Below, one piece after another: positions 11,053 to 21,597 of a stretch of 64,000 nucleotides of DNA. Position numbers and translations under genes: made by a program. Each line of letters starts with the position of its first letter. The stretch's first letter is position 1. The notes under the pieces are model-generated. The model saw only the letters and a list, made by a program, of their open reading frames with translations. It was not told the DNA's origin and ran no database searches. This DNA comes from Phyllosticta citribraziliensis (lineage: Eukaryota): contig NW_027117343.1 in NCBI RefSeq assembly GCF_038025025.1, positions 620,001 through 684,000 on the forward strand, written 5' to 3'.

Positions 11053-12612
11053 CGACGTTTCTGGCTTTTGGTGGGGTTTCTTCACGTAGTTGCTCCGTGC
11101 GGATCCGGCAACGAGTAATAAATGGAACAGTCGTGGAAGCTCGTCTCATGCAAAAGGCAAAGCAATGAAGATTTTGATCCTGCACCTGTCGCCTTCTCAT
11201 TCTGTGGTCCATGGCTCGCGCAAGACCCGGCGATTTGGTTCGTGAATTGGGGCGTAGGAAGAATGGTATGGCTGGAATTGACTTGCAGTAGTGATCCATG
11301 GCAACAGTTCCGAAGAAGACCTACTGCATGCACTTTACATGCAGCGTTTCTGCTGGAGCCGTAAGAGGCAGGGAAGCGGAGGCCGTGGCAGGACAGGGCA
11401 GCCTAGCAAGTGAGGCGCGTGACGTCTCGGATCAGGCTACCGATAGCTCGACGTGCCGGTCTGCAGCAAGCGAATGTCGGAAATTTCTTCTTCTTCTTCG
11501 TGGACGCGGTTGGCCATTGACGCTGGCAGCGATAGCGTCATTGGAGAGCAAGGGGAAAGCCGTTGAGCTAGACGGCGCGAGAGACACGATGTTGGTGAGC
11601 CGTTTTCCCCACGCGCCGTCGATGGTCTGGTCTGGATAGCGCGAGACGGGAACCAGAGCCAGAGAAGCTATTTGCAAGGGAGCGGCAGGCTAGCAAGTCG
11701 GAGACGGCAGCTGGGAACCTATCGAGTCTCGTCGTCGTCTCCACCGGGCCGCGCCGAATCCTGCATGTCCATGGTGCCGCAGGTGGAGGGGCACGCGAGC
11801 GCGACCAACACAGTCAGCAGGGTTAGTAGCGAGCGAATACGAAGCGGTGGGTTGGAATGGGCGTGGAAAAGACGCGACTGGCCAGGTCCAGAGCAAGACC
11901 AAACGGCTCAGGGGACACGATGCAAGCGCGCGCCACTGACGGTGGGCGAGAAGTGATGGAGAGGTGAAGAGGGAGAGGAGAGCGAAAGGGTGGAGGTGGA
12001 GGCTCTGGTCCGTCGCGCCCGGGCCCGGGCTGCAGCCACCGCTAGCGCCCGCACGGGCCGCCTCTTGCCGGTCTCCGGGCGTGGACAACCTAAGGAAGGT
12101 GAGCTGAGCGGAGGTGAAGTGAAGGCACACGCACACAAACACCGTCCATGTACCCTAACCCTCAACATCACGGACAAGGGACAAGACGACCTTGTCGCGC
12201 CATCTCGCCAATGCCTCCTGACAGCTGCCACCCTCTCCTCAACCCCCCTCGTCCTGTCGTGACCACCTTCGCCCCCGTTCCGCGCTCCCGTCGCCTACTC
12301 CACTTTGTGCTGCGCCTGCCCACAGCCCAAGGCCGCCGCGGCCCACGACCGGAAGCTTAGCCAGCGCCTATAAGAACCACCGCCCGCGCTGACTCACCTG
12401 AGTGCTCCTCCAGGATTTCTGCTTGCCTACCGTCTCTCTGGAATCACTACTACATCACTCCAAGCAAGGGATCCCCATTACCCACAAACCCCACCGCATT
12501 CTTCAACTGCCGGGTCTGCCCTCTCAAACTCCGCCTTGACCCGACCATATCAACAAGACGTTGGCCACCCCACCGCTTCTTCACTCACCACCTCTCTCCG
12601 CCCGACAACAAC

Positions 12613-13488
12613 ATGAGGGCATTCGTCCCCTCTCGCCGGGCCGTCGCCCTCATGACGGCCCTGCTCTTTTGGTCTCCCACTTCGGCCGCGCCTCTGGCCA
12701 TAGCTCCACCCTCATCGCCGCAATGTCGCTGCGCTCTCATGCCAGCATCAACCCCATTCTTCCCGCCGCAATCCCCCGCTCCTTCTCGCACCGGCTCCTC
12801 TTCGTTTGTCGACTCTTGCACTGCCCTCGGCCCCCGTCTGCAATCATGGCGAGAAGCCGCTCCCGAGGACGCCGCCAAAGAAGCCGCCAACCTCGAAGCA
12901 TGGGTTTTGGACCAAGACGAGCGGACTGCAAAAGCTGCTGCCGATGTCTTGTGGGGAAAGCGTCCGTTGCCTACCGGCGTCATGATGAAGACGGGTGCCT
13001 CGGGAAACAAGGCCAACGCCGAGGTATTGGAGGCCTTGAGGTCCGGCAAGGACAAGGGTAGAGTCGTCTGTCGGAGCGTCATCGTCGTCGACGAAATCAG
13101 GCCGGCCGACAAATGGCGGGGAAGTGAAGACGCCTCGTGGCAGAGCCCCGGGGCGGACCAATGGCAGCAGGGTCCGACCAAGACCCTGTGGAAAGACATT
13201 GAAGACGCCCTACGCTCCCAAAAGCTGCTGCTGCCCATGCGCATCGTCGTGCTGTCGTTGGTGCTCCTGTGCTTGATTGAAGTTGGCGACGAGATTGTCA
13301 AGTGGTAAGTCTTCGTCTCTCACGTAACCTTCAAAGCTGACCCCTGCAGTGTTCAAGCAAGACGCGGCATCCAGGACCGCCGCGGCAGTAGAGACGAGAA
13401 GTCGTGGTTCAAAAGTCTGCCGCGCATGAAGATGTCGGAGCTCGAGCCCATCATGGAGACGGACGAAGATGATACCCCACTGCCCTGA
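12613..13488 (+). CDS. Hypothetical type I membrane protein (signal peptide, Cys-containing ectodomain, single TM)
   Basis: Signal-like N-terminus and TM LLLPMRIVVLSLVLLCLI. Intron 13305-13349 (GTAAGT..CTGAC..CAG) continues the frame to TGA at 13486-13488; TATAA near 12369. Confidence 0.65.
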
Positions 13489-14412
13489 GAAGACTCGGGC
13501 AGGCTGTCGCTGTGTGTTGGAGCCAAAGTGGACATGACATTTGATACCATGTATGATATTTACGAACTCGAGATTTGCTGCTGTGCGAGCATCACCTTTC
13601 AAATAATCCCACGGCCCTGTATCGAGGGGTGCTCTGTAAGGATGTCAACTACCTGCAGCGAGAACAATCGGCAAGGTTGCTGATGTAGCCAGGGGTCATG
13701 ACAGCCTGTTGCAGTCTACGAGTGGACCTTACAACCCGTTGCACACCTCTCTGCCTCTTGTCTTTACCTTGTCGCGAGGGCACTTACTCCTTGGTCGCCG
13801 ACTTTTCTCCGTACGACTTTTGGCAGCAGTGCCTCGGTCTCACGACTGACGCACCTGATATCAAGTTTCAATCACCCAGGCGATTCATTCAGACTGGTCG
13901 TCTCTCAAGCAAGATTCAAGCTGCTGCTATTCCAACGTCGAAACATTTGGTCGCGCGGAAGCGTCATTCGAGGGCAAATTACCTGCAGCAAGGAATGTGT
14001 GCCTGTCTTGGCGCCGTTACACGCCCTATCCTCACCACATCTGCTACCCCATACCGTCGAGTGAGACCTGTGGATGACCGTTTGATGTCAGCTCAATTGG
14101 AACCGAAACTTCTCCTCACGTGTCCTATACTGTCATTGCAATTTCATTCGATTTTGCCACTTTTTCTCGTCTGGTTTTTGCCATGGCCTCTGCATCGCCC
14201 AAACGCAGGGATCGTGTTTACGCGGAGAGCAGGAATGGAGCAGCACTCGAAGCATTCAAATCATAACCCGCGCGCCTTTGCCTCTGCGCTGCCGTGGCTG
14301 CCTTCTCCCACTCAACGCGTGCTTCGTCCTTCGCGAATCTGTCCCAACTCATCTCTTATCACTCATTCAATCTTTTCATCCGGAGCACAGGTATCCCACT
14401 CGTTCAGTCGTC

Positions 14413-16596
14413 ATGCATCCTTTCCTTGCGCTCTGCGCCCTTTCCATCTTTGCCGCCAATGCCAATGCTGCCGCTCATCCCAAGGTTGGGCAGCATGGCG
14501 TGCAGAAACGCCAGCTGATCCCCGGTCTCCCAATCTTTGGCCCATATTTTGATCCAGACGACTTTGTCACGACTTCGACGGACGAGACCTCGACGGACAC
14601 GACGACTTTGACTGATGCCACCGACACCGCCGCGCCCACTGACGACCTAAGCTCGACTACCAGCAGCAGCTCCAGAACGAGCTCCCACTCGAGACGTACC
14701 TACTCGTACTTTATCCCGTCGCCATCTGCCTTTCCCATTCCCATCACTCTTCAACACCAAGTGGAAACGACGTACATTCCGAGATACACGACCTGCCGAG
14801 AGGTACCAGAAACGACGGCTTTGCCGGGTCCGCCATACCTCAACAATACGCCAACGGCAACTCCCACCGCGTCATCAACATGCGAGACTTTTTACGACCC
14901 GCTGGAAACGACGCTCTGCCACACGACGCTGATTGGCCTAGCAACACGCGTCACCATCACCGACTGTTCGCAAGAAATCACCTTCTCGTCCGATTTTGGC
15001 GCCGCGCTTGTGACGCCGAGCCCAACACGCGTGGGGACGGGGTCACTGCAGTCAACCCTCACGCCTAGCCCTTTCACGCAGCTGCAGACGACATACTACA
15101 TTTCGCCATGGCACTCGTTTGTCGACAACCATGGGCAAATCCCCGAGCACGTCGACGTCAAGGTGTGTCACCCGCGCGCCGACAATGCCACCATCGACGA
15201 CTGCATCCGCGAGGAGGAGTCATGGGCTGCCGTCCCCGTCGTCGTCACGACGCACTTTACGACCAGCGTCGACATGCTGGCTACGCTGACGGACGGGCCG
15301 GGTACCTACTACGTCGGCACCGTACATGGCCATTTTATCGGCAACCGGACCACTGTCAGCCTTAGCACTACCATGATCATGAATTGGGTCTACGAGGCCG
15401 AGACCATTTCGCGCGGGCCACGAATCTCTGCCACACCGGGCCCTGTGGCCCTGCCGACGGGTCCTGAGGCGACGGGTACGGATGCACTCCTTGAGCCTTC
15501 GGCTACGATTAGCTCGACGAGCACGAGGACGAGCACGCTGACCCGCACTGTGGTCGACGTGTCGACAGATGCGGCGCCTGATGCAACATCGCTGTCGCTA
15601 TCGCCCGAGGAGGAGACGCAAATCTTTTCCATCTTGCCGTATTATCCGACGGGCACTGAAGAGTGGGTTGATTCACTGGCGAAAAGGAGAAGTCTGGACT
15701 AATACAACGCAGGCCGGAGGTCCCTGATGTGACGGTCACACTATCACCAGAAGAGGAGACGCAGATCTTCTCCATTCTGCCGTACTATCCAACAGCAACC
15801 GACGAGTATGTCCACAAAGCCCTGCAATACACATAAAGAGGAAGTTAACTGACTATACCTTAGCCCGGAATTGACCGCGACGTTTTTACCAGAGGAGACT
15901 CAAATCTTCTCCATTCTGCCGTACTATCCAACGGCAACTGACGAGTGAGTCCACCAAGTCCTACAACTTTCGAGAGAGGAAGTTTACTGACTATATCTTA
16001 GCCCGGAATTGACCGCGACGTTTTCGCCAGAGGAGGAGACGCAAATCTTCTCCATTCTACCGTATTATCCAACAGCAACCGACGAGTATGTCCACGAAGT
16101 CCCACAACCTGCGTAAAGAGGAAGTCAACTGACGACACCTAAGCCCGGAATTAACCGCGACGTTCTCGCCAGAAGAAGAAACGCAAATCTTTTCGATCCT
16201 TCCCTTCTTCCCGTCGACTACGGATGAGTACGTCCCATCCCAACTCCCCCCTCCCAAGTCAACTAACACGCAGACCAGAGCCGAGCCCACAACGACGTCT
16301 ACCTCCAGCTCCACCACAACGCTCTACAGCGGCACGACGACGCTCCTCTCCACCGGCTCCAGCCGCTCCAGCAGTAGTGCAAGCGAAGTCGACATCGAAA
16401 CAGAATCGCCGCCGACGACGCCCCTCGTTCGCCCGACATTCCCTGTCTCGGCCAACAGCTTGTCGTTTAGGTGGGCAAACTCGACTACGTGAGTGCTTCC
16501 TCTTCTCTTCTGCTGCGTGCCTGCTTGGAGACTTCAGGGCGCATGTCTGGTTAGTGTTAGGGGCTGACGGCGTTGTGGGGGCTTAGGCAAGCTTGA
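14413..16596 (+). CDS. Secreted Ser/Thr-rich protein with a Cys-containing domain and a tandem exon-encoded repeat
   Basis: Signal peptide MHPFLALCALSIFAANANA, Kex2-like KR, Thr-rich tracts. Exons 14413-15662, 15713-15805, 15864-15944, 16002-16085, 16144-16227, 16279-16488 and 16587-16596 all join in frame. Confidence 0.75.
15601..16278 (+). repeat. Five tandem copies of an exon+intron unit (~140 bp) encoding (PELTATF)SPEEETQIFSILPYYPTATDE
   Basis: Both exon and intron sequence are repeated (GAGAC(G/T)CA(A/G)ATCTT..., GAGGAAGT..ACTGAC..AG|CCCGGAATT). Confidence 0.92.
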
Positions 16597-17942
16597 TGCT
16601 TGATCATTAACCGATCTTTCCGCACGTCCACTCGCTAGATTCGTTCAAGAGAGAAACGACACACTCTCCGCGATGCGGTGTGCAAGTGCGGTCATGAGAG
16701 CAAACCGCTCGGACAGCCATCCTACAAATTGCTTGTTTCCGCCTCTGTTGTTACTGCTTTATTCTGCCATCAATCTAATGCCCTCCATTTGCCCATTTTT
16801 TAATCCGTCACTGTTGTCATCGTTGCATCGCATGTCATGTCTGTTACCGTTTGTCCTGTTTCTCTTCTACTTTCCTCCCTTCTTTTTCCCCTCATCCCGG
16901 CCTGCACTCACAACCAAACGACCAAACACCAAAAACCCCAAACTCAATCGCAAAATTCAAACCCACAAAGAAAGCCACGCCACCAGTCTTGCTTCGAATC
17001 CAACCCAACGTACAACCCCTTTATCAACCTGTTCCCCTTTTGACATGGCGCGCACAGCCAGTCCGCCAGCCAGCTGCAAGTGTCCAGCACGATACTTCAT
17101 CCGCGCCATGTATTCCCTGCGCGCAAAAGCGGCCGCAGATAGACTGATAAAAAGATGGACGCACGCACGCACGCTTGTATAGATAGATAGACAGTACCAC
17201 GCACCCCCTGAAATAAAATCATCAAAGTCCCTTTTACAAGCCGTCTTGGCTGCGCGCTGTTTGCGTCTTTCCTTTTTGCGCGAGCTCTTGGACCAGATTG
17301 CCTCGACCTGGCATCCTCGGATGAGGTGGAGGGGGAAGAGGGAGGGGGAAGATGGAAGCTGTGTGAACGGGGAGTATAGTGAGGTGGGATGAGATGGATG
17401 ATGAGCCAGGAACCTAAGCCAGGTGAGGTAGTAAGCTGGGACGAAGGTGCGTACTGGAGATGAGTATGGAATGGGATGGAATAAATAGAATAGAATAGGG
17501 CGGCAGAGCCAGTGCATCGAAGCAGATTATCTTCTTGGCCAGAAAAGGTGGCAGAAGGAAGCAAGGAAGGGAGGACGAGGCGATGCACCCGAAGAGTCTT
17601 GAAACGACGCAGACACGACACGGCGGCAGAGAGCGACAGTAAAAGAGCACAACAGTCTATTGATCGTACTATAAAACAGCAGCGCGTAATATCTACACAT
17701 ATACACATGGTCATACAAAAAGCGGGCAGCGGTAAAAGTGGTGAAGCACAAAAGGCCGAGTGACAAAGGAGTGGAAGAATGATAAAAGAGAGCAGACCCA
17801 GCCAAAACCCAGAAAGACAGACAGACGTAGCGTAGCGAGCGTGTATGTGCGTGTTGTACGCAGCATGAGAATAGTTGTGTGCGTGAGCAGACAGGAGAAG
17901 CGACCTCCCCCCTTTCCCCTCCTCAACTCACCCTTGACTCAC

Positions 17943-20900
17943 TTACAACAGAAAGTAAGCAGCAACAACCGCAACAACGGCACCAGCACCAGAGACGCCA
18001 ACCTTCATCGCAGCACCAGTGAACTGGAGCGGGGTAGACTTGGGAGTCGAAGCCAAACCAGCCACGTTGCTAACAACGCTCGGCTTGGGCGTCGAGACAG
18101 CCGAGGGGTATCCAGCGAGGCCGGCGACGGCCGACTGGACGCTGGGGACGGGCGAGGCGTAGACGGGCGCGGCGACGCCGCTGGCGCTGGGCAGAGCCGA
18201 GAGGCCAGCGACGGCGCTCTTGACCGAGGGCGCGGGCGAGGCGTAGACCGGAGCGACGATGGGAGCGATGCTGGAGCTGGGCAGCGCGGAGAGGCCGGCG
18301 ACGGCCGAGTTGACGCCCGCGACGGCAGGGGGCGCGGCGTAAGCAGGGGCAGAAGCGCCGCCAGCGACAGCCGGGGCAGAGACAGCGGGCACGACGACAC
18401 CACCGGCGACATTGGAAGCGGTAGCGGGCATGGGCTTGACTTCGACGGTCTGGAGGACGACGTTGGGCGTCACGGTGGCGACGATGATTTGGGTCTTGGT
18501 GCCGGTGACGGTCGTGCGCGTCGTGAGGTATTCGGGAGCAGGGGAGCCAGAGATAACAGGGGCAGCACCGCCGGCGACGGCAGAGGCAGGCGCCTTGTTG
18601 TCAGGGGCAGCGTAAGAGGGGGCTTGGCCCTGAGGAGAGGCAACAGGGGCAACAGGGGCAGGGGAAGAGCCAGCACCCGTGTTGGGGACGTTGTTCACGG
18701 GGGCAACAGGGGAAGGCGCAGCACCACCCTGAGGAGCAGTGTAGGCCGGGGCAGATGGCTGAGGAGCGGCTCCGCTGCCGATGATGGACGGCTGAACGGC
18801 AGGTTTGGAGACGATGTTGCAGTCAGGGCCAACGCAGCCAGAAGGTTGAGGAGCAGCACCACCACCGATGATGGAAGGCTGGACGGAAGGCAGAGGAGCG
18901 TTACCACCACCAACCAGGGACGGGGTCGGGTAAGGAGCGCCGTTACCGCCAATGATGGAAGGCTGGACAGAAGGAGAGACGGCCAGCGAAGGCAGGGGAG
19001 CGCCACCACTAATCACAGGCTTCGTGGGGTAGGCAATACCGTTGCACTCAGCATCGAGACATCCACTCAGAGTGGGCTTGGGAGGCGCACCACCGCCAAT
19101 GATGGATGGCTGGACAGAGGGAGTCGGGATATTTCCAGAGCCAAAGGCCAGCGAAGGCAGGCTAATGGACGGCTTGGGGATGTTCTCAGAGCCAGTGATA
19201 GAAGGCTTGGCTCCGCCGATGACGGTCGGGCTGAATCCAACGCTGATCGGGGTCGAGATGGCGAGAGCCGGCTTGGTCAAAGTGATGGAGGACGGAGCAC
19301 CATTTTCACCGCAGTCCTCGGGGCAAACCTCAGTGGTCATGGTCGTGTGGATCGTGGTCAAACCGCCAGTCGGGTGAAGGTCGACGTAGGAAGTGGCAAT
19401 GGTGGTCGGCACAATGTGCTTGGACACATCCGCAGACGGCGCACCGCTAGGGAGGACAAAGGAAAGCGAAGGCTTGATCTCCTTGGAAACGGCAGCAGAG
19501 CCGACGGGCGAGGCGCCAGAGATGATGGGAGTAGGAGTGGGGAAGAAAGACACAGAGAAAACGGGCGTCTTGACGGCACCGCTCGGGAGGGAGGGAGCGG
19601 GGTAGCCAGCAGCATCACACTCCTCGCCCTCACACTCAGAGTCGGAGCAGTCCTCTTCACCTTCCTCACAGTCCTCCTCGCAGTTCTCATCACCCTCCTC
19701 GCAAGTCTGACCAGATTTGGCAGGAAGAGTGCCAGAAGGGTGAGCAGGGTGAGCAGGCGTAGCGATGCCAGATGGCTGGGCAATGGTGCCACTCGGCAGA
19801 GGAACCGAGACCTCCTTGGAGGGGAGGACAAGGCTGGGAGTGGGGATAGATCCAGACACATCCTTGGAGAAAATGGGCAAGTTCAAGCTAGGAGAAGGGA
19901 ACGAGCCGCCAAACCCACCAGATGGGAGGCCAAGGCTGGGGAGACCGTGGCTGGGGAGACCCAAGTTGGGAAGGTCTGGGGTAGGGATAGAGCCAGACAC
20001 GTCCTTGGAAAAGACGGGCAAGTTCAAGCTAGGAGAAGGGAATGAGCCGCCAAATCCACCAGATGGGAGGCCAAGGCTGGGGAGACCGTGGCTTGGAAGA
20101 CCAAGGTTAGGGAGGTCTGGGGTCGGAACGGCGCCCGAGACGTCCTTGGAGAGGATGGGGAGACCACCGACTTCAGAGGGAATAGGCATGGCAGGAGTCG
20201 GGAATGAACCACCAAATCCGCCAGACGGAAGACCGAGGCTCGGCAGGCCGAGGCTGGGGAGACCCAAGGGCAAGTTCGGGGTGGGGATGGCGCCAGAAAC
20301 GTCCTTGGAGACGACAGGCAGGCCGGCACCCTCGGAAGGAATGGGAATAACGGGGGTCGGGAACGAGCCACCGAATCCACCAGATGGGAGACCAAGACTC
20401 GGGAGGCCGAGGCTGGGGAGACCCAGGGGCAAGTTCGGGGTGGGAATGGCGCCAGAAACGTCCTTAGAGACGACAGGCAGGCCGGCACCCTCAGAAGGAA
20501 TGGGGATAACGGGAGTCGGGAATGACCCACCGAATCCACCAGATGGGAGACCAAGACTCGGGAGGCCGAGGCTGGGAAGACCCAGGTTAGGCAAGTTCGG
20601 GGTGGGAATGGCACCAGAAACGTCCTTAGAGACGACAGGCAGGCCGGCACCCTCAGAAGGAATGGGGATAATGGGAGTCGGGAACGAACCACCGAATCCA
20701 CCAGATGGGAGACCGAGACTCGGCAGGCCGTGGCTAGGGAGGCCCAGGTTGGGAAGATCAGGGGTCGGGAGAGCGCCCGAGACGTCCTTGGACAGAATCG
20801 GCAGGGCAGGCGTAGGGAGACCGCCAGCAATTCCCTTGGACACAACGGGAAGACCCAAGCTAGGTGTGGGGATAGACAAGCCGGCAGTCTTGCCGACGGT

Positions 20901-21597
20901 GCCCTGGCCGGGGATGAGCTGACCGCACATGTGGCCATTGGGAGCTGTCGTGGTGCCAGAGACAGACTTCTTGAGGTGGCAGTTGCTGTCAGAGGTGGTG
21001 CTGTCGAAAGCGGCACCAAGACACTCGGAAGTCTCGCCGCAAAGCGTCATGCAGTCGTCGAAGCTGGCCTTGCTCGAAACACCGCCCTCGAGCTGCATAG
21101 TGTTAGCAGAAGCCTTCGAGGGCCAACGGAACACTTACGTCCTCGCCGGTGATGTCAGCACCGCAGTTGATCTTGTAAACGTTGCCGAGGGGGCAAGTGA
21201 AGGTCGTGCCATCATTGTCGGGGCAGGTAACGGAGCCGGAGACAATCTTGGAAATGGCACCATCAAGGTCACCTCCCTTGGTGGTAGCGCTCACGGCCTT
21301 GGAAGCATCACTGGCCATTGACTTGATTGGCGCAGTGACGTCCGAGGACGACTCACCCTTGGAGCCGCCAATGGAGCCAGTCGTAGCCTTGGAGCCTCCG
21401 AGGAGGCCGCCGATGCCGTTGCTCAGACCTCCACTGACACCATTCTCGTCGCAGTCTTCCTCGGCACCGGTGGCAACGATCGACTTGCCAAAGGTACGCT
21501 TCTCCATGGAGCTGCCTTCGGAGCGGGCGACAATGGGGCCAGCAACCGAGCTCGAGACGAGCATGGCAGCGATGAGGGTCTTGGAAAGGGGCGCCAT
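17943..21597 (-). CDS. Large GPI-anchored cell-wall/adhesin-like protein with a PAN/Apple-like domain and Pro/Gly/Ser repeats
   Basis: Signal peptide MAPLSKTLIAAMLVSSSVA. After intron 21138-21093 the Cys pattern CPDNDGTTF..YKINCGADITGEDL..SFDDCMTLC..C..AAF..CHLK is PAN/Apple-like. C-terminal FTGAA plus hydrophobic tail is a GPI-type signal. Confidence 0.85.
19869..20792 (-). repeat. Six intragenic tandem units (54,54,53,53,47,47 aa) SKDVSGAIPTPNLPNLGLPSLGLPSLGLPSGGFGGSFPTP...
   Basis: Visible in both DNA and translation; units sum to 924 nt. Confidence 0.93.

Noticed and set aside
12152..12162. ACCCTAACCCT, resembling a telomerase RNA template for TTAGGG repeats
   Set aside because: It lies just upstream of a TATA box and protein gene on the same strand; I could not identify a U/A-rich triple-helix pseudoknot or CR4/5-like element; an 11-mer alone is weak. 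A fungal telomerase RNA covariance search would settle it.
15601..16278. Repeat-spacer pattern superficially like a CRISPR array
   Set aside because: Eukaryotic locus; repeats are coding exons and the spacers are homologous spliceosomal introns; no cas genes.
17760..20922. Long plus-strand ORFs (761 aa and 385 aa)
   Set aside because: Antisense shadows of the repetitive, codon-biased GPI-protein gene.
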